The notes: generated from the sequence alone by a model not told the origin. A stretch of 64,000 nt of DNA from Stellaceae bacterium (GCA_036510675.1 DATCDN010000138.1:109199-173198); one strand, 5' to 3'; shown: positions 28,738-37,407, counted from the first letter of the stretch. A program made the numbers and translations.

Positions 28738-29382
28738 TCAGCCGCTTGCCCCAGCGGCTGGGCCGTGGCGCTCCGATCCAATGCCACGAAGTACGAGCCG
28801 GATCAATTCCTCCGCGATGTGTCGCATGGAGCCGGTCGGTTCCTTGCCTGGCCAATGCGCGGCCGCGTTGCACATGCCGAGGATGGCGTCCGCCGCGACA
28901 TGAATATCGACATCGCCGCGCAATTCCCCCGCCGCGATACCCTCTTCGATCAAACCCTCGACGATGCGCTCATAGCGCCGCGCCAGCTTCCCGATGCGGC
29001 GCCGCGCCTCCTTGGGCAGAAACCGTACCTCATGGAGATAGGCGCGCAGACTGGCGCAATTGCTGGCCAGCGGCTCGATATGGCGGCGCATGATATTGGC
29101 CAACCGCTCGGTCGCGGAGCCGGGGCCGCCGCCGATCGTCTCGCTGTCGGCGATAATATGTTCGATGCCGCGCTGACACACCTGCTCCAGCGCCGCCTCC
29201 TTCGAGGTGAAATAGTAATAGAGGCTGGCCTGGCGCATGCCCAGGCGATCGGCGATATCCTGCGTGGACGCACCATGGAAGCCCAGTTCGGCGAATACCG
29301 AAGCCGCCGCTTCCAGCACTTCCTCCGCCCGCCGCCGCGGCCCGGCGCTCAACATGCGTACCTTGACGACGCCGTCGCTCAT
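28738..29382 (-). CDS. TetR family transcriptional regulator
   Basis: 214 aa from the ATG at 29382. The HTH reads FAELGFHGASTQDIADRLGMRQASLYYYFTSKEA. The longer tracked ORF (to 29604) is rejected. Confidence 0.85.
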   Translation of the reverse strand: MSDGVVKVRMLSAGPRRRAEEVLEAAASVFAELGFHGASTQDIADRLGMRQASLYYYFTSKEAALEQVCQRGIEHIIADSETIGGGPGSATERLANIMRRHIEPLASNCASLRAYLHEVRFLPKEARRRIGKLARRYERIVEGLIEEGIAAGELRGDVDIHVAADAILGMCNAAAHWPGKEPTGSMRHIAEELIRLVLRGIGSERHGPAAGASG

Positions 29383-29844
29383 GGCCGGCTCGCAATCATT
29401 GGCATTATCCCCATGTCGCGGCGATTTCCGCCCGAAATTGTTCGCAGCGCCCGGTACGGCGTCAAGCGCTGGGATCACAACCCAGCCGGGCGGTTCTGCG
29501 TGATCCCGGGGACGCCACACGCTGACGCCACACTCTAGGGACACGGGCCGAAATGCGCGGACAAATCGGGCAGGGGCGCCGCAAGCCTGGCACACCCACA
29601 CCACATTTTAGCCACGCCGCCGCCTTGATTGTCACACGATCCGCCCCGGTATCGAGGGATTCAGTGGATTTGCGCGGGTTTTCCGTGTCGGGAATACGAT
29701 GATGAATTGCGGCGATCATGCCCTGTATCGGGCGCCACAATTCACAATCGCGCCATAAGATCACCCCACTCCCCCATCAATTTCTCCCCTGTGACGGATG
29801 GCGCCCTGCGGTGTCAATCCCTCGACCAGTGTGGAGGAACAAAC

Positions 29845-30030
29845 ATGAACGCGATCAGAACCGACCTCTCCCCCAGCTCCAACAGCGTCGTTGCCTTGTT
29901 CCCCGACGGCTTGCTGGCCTTCGAAATGCCGCGCGGCGCGACCTTCGCGGAGCTGGCGGAACGGATCGGCAGCCTTGGCGATGCCATGCACGAAATCCCG
30001 ATCAGCGTCGCCGTTCGGACCGCGTTCTAA
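29845..30030 (+). CDS. hypothetical 61-aa protein upstream of the ECF sigma
   Basis: A strong SD (GGAGGA at 29833-29838) precedes the ATG at 29845. I recognise no family. It does not look like NepR. Confidence 0.45.
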   Translation: MNAIRTDLSPSSNSVVALFPDGLLAFEMPRGATFAELAERIGSLGDAMHEIPISVAVRTAF

Positions 30031-30068
30031 GACGCCGCCCGACCTGCCCGCCACAAGAGGAGCCACCC

Positions 30069-30563
30069 ATGACACAAGCGAATCCGACCTTCACCCGGCA
30101 ACTCGGCGAAAAGATGCCCGACCTGCGCCGTTACGCGCGGCGCCTGACCGGCAACACCGCCGACGCGGAAGATCTGCTGCAGGATTGCCTGTTGCGCGCG
30201 ATGGTCAACTGGCACCGCTTCCAGGAGGGGACCAATCTGCGCGCCTGGCTGTTCACCGTGATGCGCAATCTGCACATCAATTCCTATCGCCGGCCATCGC
30301 ATCACGAGGTGGCGTTGCCGCCCGACGAGCTGGCGATCGTGGCGCCGGCCCGGCCGCCCGCGCAGGAAGCCGCGGTCGAAATGACCGATTTCATGCGCGC
30401 GTTCGATCGGCTGAGCGCCGCCCGGCAGGAGACCATCATGATGGTTGGCTGGGATGGCATGAGTTATGACGACGCGGCATCGCGGTTGGGCGTGCCGACC
30501 GGCACGGTTCGCTCGCGGCTGTCGCGCGCCCGTGAAGAATTGCGCGACGCACTGAGGGGTTAA
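30069..30563 (+). CDS. ECF (sigma-70 family) RNA polymerase sigma factor
   Basis: 164 aa. Region 2 reads DAEDLLQDCLLRAMVNWHRFQEGTNLRAWLFTVMRNLHINSYRR. Region 4 reads MSYDDAASRLGVPTGTVRSRLSRAREEL. From memory it resembles EcfG/SigF-type alphaproteobacterial ECFs. Confidence 0.85.
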   Translation: MTQANPTFTRQLGEKMPDLRRYARRLTGNTADAEDLLQDCLLRAMVNWHRFQEGTNLRAWLFTVMRNLHINSYRRPSHHEVALPPDELAIVAPARPPAQEAAVEMTDFMRAFDRLSAARQETIMMVGWDGMSYDDAASRLGVPTGTVRSRLSRAREELRDALRG

Positions 30564-30567
30564 GCAA

Positions 30568-30861
30568 ATGGCCGAGAAAACCAAGACGGAAACCGACCTC
30601 GAAAAGTTGATGGCGGATGTCCAATCATTGAAGCGCGACATTGCGGCGCTGGCCGAACATTCCCGCGGCACGCTGTGGACCGGCGCCTCGGACACCGCCA
30701 ACGCGATCAGCGCCGAGGCAAGCCGCCTCTATGATGGCGTCGCCTCGCAGAGCCGGCGGTCGGCCAAGGCGGTCAGCACGCAGGTCGAGGAACAGCCGCT
30801 GCTCAGCATTCTGATCGCGTTCGGGATCGGATTCCTGGGTGGCCGCGTGCTGCCCCGCTAG
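30568..30861 (+). CDS. DUF883 (ElaB/YqjD-like) C-tail-anchored membrane protein
   Basis: 97 aa. A coiled N-terminal part is followed by the C-terminal anchor PLLSILIAFGIGFLGGRVL. It starts 4 nt after the sigma stop. Confidence 0.7.
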   Translation: MAEKTKTETDLEKLMADVQSLKRDIAALAEHSRGTLWTGASDTANAISAEASRLYDGVASQSRRSAKAVSTQVEEQPLLSILIAFGIGFLGGRVLPR

Positions 30862-30882
30862 GCCGGACGGGGGGACGGGGTT

Positions 30883-31329
30883 ATGAACGGATTATTACGA
30901 AGCGCGCTGGCCATCACCGGCGTCGAGGCGCTCGCCGAAACCGCGCAGGCCAGGGCGCGGCACCTGATGGTGGCGGCGGTGTGCGGCGCGATCGCCGCCA
31001 TCCTGGTGATCGCGGCGGTGATGTGGTTCGACATCGCGCTCTTTTTCTATTGCGCCGCTCGGCTGGGCCCTGGGATCGCCGCGCTGATTTCGGGCGGCGC
31101 GCTGATCGTCGTGGCGCTTCTCGCCCTGGTGCCGATGGCGATGCGTTCGCATCCCGGCCGCCGTCTGCCGCCGCCGGTTTCCAATCCGGTGGCAGGCATC
31201 GCGGTCGCCGACTTGGCCGGCCGGGCGGTTCACGAGGCCAACGCGCTCTTTCGCGAGCATAAGGGCACGGTCATCGTCGCCGCGGCGCTTGCCGGTCTCT
31301 TCCTCAGTGCCCGCGACCGCCGGCACTGA
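30883..31329 (+). CDS. YqjE/Holin-X-like small membrane protein
   Basis: 148 aa with two central TM helices. It follows the DUF883 gene, as yqjE follows yqjD in E. coli. Confidence 0.5.
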   Translation: MNGLLRSALAITGVEALAETAQARARHLMVAAVCGAIAAILVIAAVMWFDIALFFYCAARLGPGIAALISGGALIVVALLALVPMAMRSHPGRRLPPPVSNPVAGIAVADLAGRAVHEANALFREHKGTVIVAAALAGLFLSARDRRH

Positions 31330-31352
31330 GCCGTTTCTTCTGGCCACAAAAA

Positions 31353-31376
31353 GGGGCCGCGCAACCGCGCGGCCCC
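31353..31376. terminator. bidirectional intrinsic terminator hairpin
   Basis: A perfect 10-bp GC stem GGGGCCGCGC-AACC-GCGCGGCCCC has AAAAA on its 5' side (a T5 tract for minus-strand csbD) and TTCACTTTG on its 3' side. It sits between convergent genes. Confidence 0.8.
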
Positions 31377-31397
31377 TTCACTTTGTATCCGCCGACG

Positions 31398-31586
31398 TCA
31401 ATCGGCCTTGTTCACGGCATCGCGGATCGCATCCTTGGCGCCGCCCACCGCGTTCTGAACCTTGCCGGCGGCATGCTGGGCTTGGCCTTCCCGGCGCAGC
31501 TTTTCGTCACCGGTCACTTTGCCGGCCGCTTCCTTGACGTTGCCGGCCGCTTCCTTGGCGGCGCCGGCGACCCGATCCTTATCCAT
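31398..31586 (-). CDS. CsbD family general-stress protein
   Basis: 62 aa from the ATG at 31586, preceded by the SD AGGAGAG. MDKDRVAGAAKEAAGNVKEAAGKVTGDEKLRREGQ is the CsbD signature. Confidence 0.85.
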   Translation of the reverse strand: MDKDRVAGAAKEAAGNVKEAAGKVTGDEKLRREGQAQHAAGKVQNAVGGAKDAIRDAVNKAD

Positions 31587-31677
31587 CGTTCTCTCCTGTC
31601 GAAGATGATTCGCGTGCGCTTTGCCCGATCGGACGGAAAGCAAGGGCTTCCGTCCGACCGGATCCCGCGACTCTAGA

Positions 31678-32250
31678 CTAGGCGTCGTGCCCGTATTTGA
31701 AGGCCGGCATCGATTGGAGTTCGGCCTTGCTGGCATTGGGCATGGTCAGCGACTTCTTGTCGTTGGGCGCCCATTGCAGCTGATCGAACGGCACCGCCAC
31801 CAGCTTCGCGCCGATGCCGAGAAAGCCGCCGACCGAGATCACCGCCATGGTCGCTTTGTTGTTCTGACCGAGCATGATGTCTTCGACCTTGCCGATCGAT
31901 TCGTCCTTGTCGTTCACCACGGCGGTGCCGATGATCTTGCTGGCGCGGTGGCCGGCCATGTCACCGGGAGCCGCCCCCATATCGGGCGCCGTCGCGACAT
32001 GCGTGTCGTCCTTCATGTCGGCGCTGGCGCTGGGCGGCGACGCCTTCATCTCCTTCTGATCCATCTCGGCGCTGGGCGCGGTGGCCTTCATATCCGTCTC
32101 CGCGCTGGGTTTCGGCGCCGGATTGCTCGGCGACATGGCTGAGGGCGGCGACGCGGTGCCGGCCGGCGACGCCGGCTGGGCGGCGGCGGGCAGCGCGAAG
32201 GCGGCCGCCGCCAGGGCCAGAACGGCGATCTGGGTCGATGATGTGCGCAT
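31678..32250 (-). CDS. secreted PRC-barrel domain protein with a Met/Asp/Lys-rich low-complexity N-terminal region
   Basis: 190 aa from the ATG at 32250. The signal peptide ends in ..ALPAAAQP. The PRC-barrel part reads IIGTAVVNDKDESIGKVEDIMLGQNNKATMAVISVGGFLGIGAKLVAVP. Confidence 0.7.
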   Translation of the reverse strand: MRTSSTQIAVLALAAAAFALPAAAQPASPAGTASPPSAMSPSNPAPKPSAETDMKATAPSAEMDQKEMKASPPSASADMKDDTHVATAPDMGAAPGDMAGHRASKIIGTAVVNDKDESIGKVEDIMLGQNNKATMAVISVGGFLGIGAKLVAVPFDQLQWAPNDKKSLTMPNASKAELQSMPAFKYGHDA

Positions 32251-32469
32251 GGAGAGGTTCCCTTTGGTTCGTTGACGAGGGCGGCATCGACTTGCCGTCC
32301 ATTGTGCAAGGGAAACACCGGCCGACCGGCCGTCATTCCCGGCGTCCGGCGCATTGCGTGGAAACCCCAATTCTCCACAATCGCACCACACCAAATCCGC
32401 AATCGCCGCGCAAATTCGCACCCATGGCGCGACCGGAACGGTTTGCGAACCAGTCTTTGGGGGAGCCCG

Positions 32470-33600
32470 ATGGGGCCCGGCGGCACGATCGAAGTTAACA
32501 CCACGATCGAGATCGAAACGGCGCCGCCGCCACCCGCGCCCCCGCATATCGAGATCGAGTTGCCGACCGAATTCCGCAACGTCGTTCTGACCATGATCCT
32601 GGCGATCATCGTCTTCTATACGCTCTATTTCGCGCGCGAGGTCTTCGTGCCGGTCTTGCTGGCGATGCTGTTGCGCCTGTTTTTGCAATTACCGATGAAT
32701 TTCCTGACCGACCGTCATGTGCCGCGTGTCCTCGCCGCCCTTCTCATCCTGATCGGGTTTCTTGGGATCGTCGGCGGACTCGGTTCGGCATTCGGCGGCC
32801 CGGCCAGCGATTGGATCGCCAAGGCACCCAGCAACTTCAGTCACATGAAGGACCGGCTGGAATTCATCAAGCAGCCGATCGAGCAGATGCAAAGCATCGC
32901 GCATCGCATCGACGGCATCGTCGCGGGATCGGCGCCGACGAGCCAGACGGTGACGCTCGCCGGACCGGGCCTCGGCGGGTTTCTCGCCGCGAACACGCAA
33001 TCCCTGGTGCGCAGCGCCGGCACCGTCGTGCTGCTGCTGTTCTTCCTGCTGGCGGGAGGAGACACGTTCCGGCGGCGGCTTGTCGAGATTCTGCCGCGCC
33101 TTAGCGATAAGAAGCAGGCGGTGGAGATCGTCAATGAGATCGAAAACAGTATCTCGGGATACCTTCTGTCGATCACCGTGATCAATGCCGGACTGGGGCT
33201 GCTGACCGGTGTCGCGTTCTATTTCTGTGGCATGCCGGCGCCGGCCTTGTGGGGCGCCGTGGCCTTCATCTTCAACTTCATTCCGTTTGTCGGGCCATTG
33301 TGCGCGATCGCGGTCTTCTTCATGGCCGGCATCCTCAGTTTCTCCAGCAATTGGCTGGCGCTGCTGCCGGTCGGCATCTACATCGTGCTGATTCTGATCG
33401 AGGGCCAGCTCGTGACGCCGACCGTGCTGGCCCGCCGCTTCAGCCTCAATCCGGTGGCGGTGGTGATATCGCTGATCTTCTGGTTCTGGATGTGGGGCAC
33501 CCCCGGGGCGCTGTTGGCGGTGCCGATGCTGGCCGCCTTCAAGATCGTCTGCGACCATGTCCGGCCGCTGACCGCGATCGGACATTTCCTCGAAGGCTGA
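32470..33600 (+). CDS. AI-2E family transporter (PerM-like permease)
   Basis: 376 aa from the ATG at 32470, with the SD GGGGGAG. It is polytopic. FIPFVGP and LIEGQLVTP are typical of the family. Confidence 0.8.
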   Translation: MGPGGTIEVNTTIEIETAPPPPAPPHIEIELPTEFRNVVLTMILAIIVFYTLYFAREVFVPVLLAMLLRLFLQLPMNFLTDRHVPRVLAALLILIGFLGIVGGLGSAFGGPASDWIAKAPSNFSHMKDRLEFIKQPIEQMQSIAHRIDGIVAGSAPTSQTVTLAGPGLGGFLAANTQSLVRSAGTVVLLLFFLLAGGDTFRRRLVEILPRLSDKKQAVEIVNEIENSISGYLLSITVINAGLGLLTGVAFYFCGMPAPALWGAVAFIFNFIPFVGPLCAIAVFFMAGILSFSSNWLALLPVGIYIVLILIEGQLVTPTVLARRFSLNPVAVVISLIFWFWMWGTPGALLAVPMLAAFKIVCDHVRPLTAIGHFLEG

Positions 33601-33667
33601 GGTCGAAGGGGGAACGATGCGATGGGCGCGAGGCGTATCTGGCAGGCGCTGCTCTAATCGGTCGAGC

Positions 33668-34450
33668 TTAGACCGGCACCGCCTCGATGGTCGCGGCGTC
33701 GAGCTCGAAGCTGCCATCCTCGGCCACCGCGAAGTGACGCCGTGTCTCCGCCGAGACGAGGCGCTGGACCGCGCGAATCGCCTCGGCCTGAACGGCGGGC
33801 GTGTTCATGCGCGCGATCCACGGGCCGAACGCGATCGGGACCCGGCGCGGCGTGATCCCGGTCACGGCGAAGCCGGCGTCGGCGAGTGCCGCGCGAAATT
33901 CGGCCTCGGAATAATTCCGGACATGCGAGGGGTCGCGAAACAGCTCGAACGCCTGGAGAAAGGTGTCGAGCGCCGGCTTTCCCGGCGACACCGTATCCAT
34001 GAAGACGGCGCGGCCATTGCCCTTGAGGACGCGGCGCGCCTCACGCAGCGCGGCCGCGAGATCGCTCCAATGATGCATGCTGAAGCGCGTCACCACCAGG
34101 TCGAACGCGCCGTCGTCGAAGGGCAGCGTTTCGACCGCACCCTGCCGGGTCGCGATATTGTCGAGACCGCGCCGCGTCGCTTCGCCGGCCACCGCGTCGA
34201 GCATGTCGCGCGACAGATCATAGGCGACCACCGCGCCGACATGCGGCGCCACCGCGAAGGCGGCATGGCCGCCGCCGCAGCCCAAATCCAGCACGCGTCC
34301 CACGCCCTGCCCGATCACCGACCGGCTGAGCCAGGTCAGATCCTCGCCCTGGCTGTGGGTCGGGCTGGTGACATAGGCCGCCGCGCGCGGCCCGAACTGC
34401 GCCACCACCAGCGCGTCTTGGTCCTGATCCGCCATCTTGCTCTCCCGCAC
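33668..34450 (-). CDS. class I SAM-dependent methyltransferase
   Basis: 260 aa with motif I VLDLGCGGGH, followed by FDLVVTRFSMHHW. Confidence 0.8.
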   Translation of the reverse strand: MRESKMADQDQDALVVAQFGPRAAAYVTSPTHSQGEDLTWLSRSVIGQGVGRVLDLGCGGGHAAFAVAPHVGAVVAYDLSRDMLDAVAGEATRRGLDNIATRQGAVETLPFDDGAFDLVVTRFSMHHWSDLAAALREARRVLKGNGRAVFMDTVSPGKPALDTFLQAFELFRDPSHVRNYSEAEFRAALADAGFAVTGITPRRVPIAFGPWIARMNTPAVQAEAIRAVQRLVSAETRRHFAVAEDGSFELDAATIEAVPV

Positions 34451-34453
34451 CGG

Positions 34454-34666
34454 CTACATCGGGCGGGTCGTGGATGCGGGAATGGGAATGTTGTTGTCCC
34501 GTCGATAAGCGAGCACCGCACGAATTGCCTCTTCGGCCATCGTGAGGGCCTCTGCTTCCGTGTCGCCTTCGGTGACAATTTCGGGCAGCGCGGGCACCGA
34601 GACGGTAAAGCCGCCCTCCAATTGCGGCTCGAGAACCACCGTGAAATCAAACCGCGCCATCGACAT
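34454..34666 (-). CDS. HicB-like (UPF0150) antitoxin-fold protein with no adjacent HicA
   Basis: 70 aa. FTVVLEPQLEGGFTVSVPALPEIVTEGDTEAEALTMAEEAIRAVL is the HicB N-terminal fold signature. It ends 3 nt before the methyltransferase start. Confidence 0.65.
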   Translation of the reverse strand: MSMARFDFTVVLEPQLEGGFTVSVPALPEIVTEGDTEAEALTMAEEAIRAVLAYRRDNNIPIPASTTRPM

Positions 34667-34724
34667 TCTCCGGAATTGATGCGCTCAACCCTACCGCGGT
34701 GACCGATGCGCGTCGAGACCGGCG

Positions 34725-35600
34725 CTAATCCCGATCGCTCTGGGCGGCTTCGCGGCGGAACGGATGGCCGGGATAGACGCCCAGTATCTTCACCTCGCGG
34801 GTGAAGAACGCCAATTCCTCCAGCGCGAGCCGCAGATTGCGATCCTTCGGGTGGCCCTCGACATCGGCATAGAATTGCGTCGCGGTGAAGCGCCCGCCGA
34901 CCATGTAGCTTTCCAGCTTGGTCATGTTGATGCCGTTGGTGGCGAAGCCGCCCAGCGCCTTATAAAGCGCGGCGGGCACGTTGCGCACCGCGAAAACGAA
35001 GGTGGTGACCGTCAGGCCGATATTGGGCTTCGGCCATTGCGGCTTGCGCGCCATGACCAGGAAGCGTGTGGTGTTGTGCTCGGCATCCTCGATGTTCTTC
35101 TTCAGCGAGACGAGGCCGTAAATCTTGCCCGCGAGCTCGGACGCGATCGCCGCCTCCGTCTTGTCGCCGCGCGCCGCCACCTCGGCCGCCGCGCCCGCGG
35201 TATCCGTCGCCACCACCGGCGTCACCCCCAGCGCGCGGATCAGATCGCGGCATTGCGACAGCGCATGGACATGGGAGTGCACGGTCTTCAGCGATTTCAG
35301 CGTGGCGCCGCGCGGCGCCAACAGGTGATGCTCGACGCGCTGATAATGCTCGCCGATGATATGAAGGTTGGAGCCCGGCATCAGGTGATGGATGTCGGCG
35401 ACGCGTCCGGCGACCGAATTCTCGATCGGCAGCAGGGCGAGGCGCGCCTTGTTGCGGCGCACCGCCGCCATCGCGTCCTCGAACCCGACGCACGGCAGGG
35501 TCGTCATGCGCGGGAATACCTGGCGACAGGCGAGATCGGAATAGGCGCCGGGCTCCCCCTGGAACGCGATGGTATTGGCGGGATCGGATTTCGTGCTCAT
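34725..35600 (-). CDS. pheA: prephenate dehydratase
   Basis: 291 aa from the ATG at 35600, which overlaps the kdsB stop (ATGA). It has IAFQGEPGAYS, PIENSVAGRV and TRFLVM, plus an ACT domain. The longer tracked ORF is rejected. Confidence 0.9.
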   Translation of the reverse strand: MSTKSDPANTIAFQGEPGAYSDLACRQVFPRMTTLPCVGFEDAMAAVRRNKARLALLPIENSVAGRVADIHHLMPGSNLHIIGEHYQRVEHHLLAPRGATLKSLKTVHSHVHALSQCRDLIRALGVTPVVATDTAGAAAEVAARGDKTEAAIASELAGKIYGLVSLKKNIEDAEHNTTRFLVMARKPQWPKPNIGLTVTTFVFAVRNVPAALYKALGGFATNGINMTKLESYMVGGRFTATQFYADVEGHPKDRNLRLALEELAFFTREVKILGVYPGHPFRREAAQSDRD

Positions 35601-36376
35601 GAGTCGCTTGCTTCCATAAGGTGGCGCGCCCGCGCGAGATCGTCGGGCGTATCGACGCTCATCGGCACCGCGTCGACCAGCGCCACGTCGATGCGCATGC
35701 CGGCATCGAGCGCGCGCAGTTGCTCCAGCCGCTCGCGCGCCTCGATCGGCGAAGGCGGCAACGCCACGAACCGCTCCAGCGCGGCGCGGCGAAACGCATA
35801 GATGCCGATATGGTGATAGTGCGGCCCATCGCCCGACGGCACCAGGTTGCGGCTGAAATAAAGCGCGCGGGCGATGCGCGCGCCGGGCGCGAAGCCCGCC
35901 GCCACTTTCACCGCCGCCGGACTGGCGCGCTCCCAATCCTCGCGCATCGGAGAGGCGAGGGTCGCGATCTCGACGCCGGGGTCGGCCAGCGGTTCAAGCG
36001 ATGCCAGAACCAGCGCGGGATCGAGCAGCGGCAGATCGCCCTGGAGGTTGACCACCACATCATGGCGCCGCGCCGGATCGAGCCGCATCACCGCCTCATG
36101 AATGCGATCGGAGCCGGAGGGGTGGTCGGGCCGGGTCAGCACCGCGTGGCCGCCCGCCTGCTCGATCGCGTCGGCGATTTCACGCTCGGCGCACGCGACC
36201 ACCACCGGTCCCGCCGCCGCCGCGACCGCCCGGCGCCAGACATGCACGATCATCGGGCGGCCCCGAATGTCCGCCAGCGGTTTCCCCGGCAGGCGGGTCG
36301 ACGCCATGCGGGCCGGGATCACGATGAGCGGCGACGAGGACGGCATGGCGATGGCCGATTTCCGATTCAGGGACAA
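35597..36376 (-). CDS. kdsB: 3-deoxy-manno-octulosonate cytidylyltransferase
   Basis: It has IVIPARMASTRLPGKPLADIRGRPMIVHV and NLQGDLPLL. An alternative ATG lies at 36346. Confidence 0.9.
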   Translation of the reverse strand: MSLNRKSAIAMPSSSPLIVIPARMASTRLPGKPLADIRGRPMIVHVWRRAVAAAAGPVVVACAEREIADAIEQAGGHAVLTRPDHPSGSDRIHEAVMRLDPARRHDVVVNLQGDLPLLDPALVLASLEPLADPGVEIATLASPMREDWERASPAAVKVAAGFAPGARIARALYFSRNLVPSGDGPHYHHIGIYAFRRAALERFVALPPSPIEARERLEQLRALDAGMRIDVALVDAVPMSVDTPDDLARARHLMEASDS

Positions 36377-36561
36377 ATTGCGGCGTTATGCCGCACGAAA
36401 TCAAGGGCTTGGCGCTGCTCGGTCCGGGGCCGGCACGATAAAGTGCGCGCCCAGCTTCAATCACATTTCGTTTGTCTTGTCAGCGAAATTTGGCGTAATT
36501 GCCGGGCTGCGGGTAGCCCCGTAGGGTCACATGGTGGGAAATCAGGCCGAGGGTTTTGTCG

Positions 36562-37407
36562 ATGTCCTTTGAGATGAACAAGATCCTGGGCGCGCTGTTG
36601 GGCGCCATGATCCTGGCGATGGCGACCGGAATCTTCGCCGGCATGCTGGTACACCCCACGGAATTGGCGAAGCCGGTCTATATGGTCGCGGGCGTCAAGA
36701 CCGCGGCGGCGACCGCCACCCCCGCGGCACCGGCCGGCCCCGCGCCGGTCGGGCCGCTGCTCGCCGGCGCCAGCGCCGCCAACGGCAAGGACATCACCCA
36801 CCGCCTGTGCGTCGCCTGTCACACCTTCGACAAGGGCGATCCGAATCGCATCGGCCCCAATCTCTTTGGCGTGTTCGATCAGCCGATCGCCGAGGGCCAT
36901 GCCGGCTACGCCTTCTCGTCGGCGCTGAAGACGCATGACAAGAGCAAGTGGACGCCCGATCTGCTGAACGCTTGGTTGACCAATCCCCAGGATTTCGCGC
37001 ACGGCACCAAGATGACCTTCGTCGGTCTACCCAAGGTGAAGGATCGGGCCGACGTCATCGCCTATCTCGACTCGCTCAGCGACAATCCCGAGCCGCTGAA
37101 GAAATTCGAGACCGCCCCGAAAGCGGCGGCGGCACCCGCCAAACCCGCGGCACCCGCGCCAGCGGCGAAGACGCCGGCGGCAGCCCCGGCCAAGACTACG
37201 CCGGCCGCACCGGCGGCGAAGGCACCCGCGCCACCGGCGACACCGGCACCGGCCGCGAAAGCCCCGACGCCGGCGGCACCGGCCGCTGCTCCAGCAGCGC
37301 CGGCCGCACCCGCCAAGGCGGCGCCGCCACCCGCGACCAATCAGACGCCGCCCGCCGGCACCCAGCCCGCGACGCAGCCGGCGCCGCCCACCACCGGCGG
37401 CAAATAG
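36562..37407 (+). CDS. membrane-anchored class I cytochrome c with a C-terminal Pro/Ala-rich tail of about 100 aa
   Basis: It has an N-terminal TM helix, the heme motif CVACH and the axial Met region GTKMTF. From about residue 180 onward the sequence is almost pure A/P/K/T. The ATG is at 36562; the tracked ORF starts at a TTG at 36556. Confidence 0.8.
   Translation: MSFEMNKILGALLGAMILAMATGIFAGMLVHPTELAKPVYMVAGVKTAAATATPAAPAGPAPVGPLLAGASAANGKDITHRLCVACHTFDKGDPNRIGPNLFGVFDQPIAEGHAGYAFSSALKTHDKSKWTPDLLNAWLTNPQDFAHGTKMTFVGLPKVKDRADVIAYLDSLSDNPEPLKKFETAPKAAAAPAKPAAPAPAAKTPAAAPAKTTPAAPAAKAPAPPATPAPAAKAPTPAAPAAAPAAPAAPAKAAPPPATNQTPPAGTQPATQPAPPTTGGK

Noticed and set aside
29383-29844. The 460-bp non-coding gap between the TetR gene and the ECF operon as a possible sRNA or gene remnant.
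   Set aside because: I could find no convincing hairpin-plus-U-tract, no repeat family member and no recognisable protein fragment in any frame. It is left unannotated rather than guessed.
29845-30030. The 61-aa ORF upstream of the ECF sigma as NepR, implying a PhyR-NepR-EcfG module.
   Set aside because: The sequence lacks the NepR-like L..Y....P.P..F..LL pattern I remember. No PhyR-like response regulator is in the window. The best promoter-like match (GGAAT-N17-CGAT) has two mismatches to the EcfG consensus.
30883-31329. The Holin-X family membrane protein as evidence of a prophage.
   Set aside because: No phage structural, lysis or integrase genes are nearby. The gene follows a DUF883 gene, as yqjE follows yqjD in E. 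coli, which is a stress-membrane pair rather than a lysis cassette.
31629-31657. A 10-bp hairpin (TCGGACGGAA..TTCCGTCCGA) as an intrinsic terminator for the PRC-barrel gene.
   Set aside because: The stem is real, but on the transcribed (minus) strand it is followed by TCGGGCAAAG, with no U tract. It may be a stabiliser or a Rho-dependent site, and the evidence is too weak to list as a terminator.
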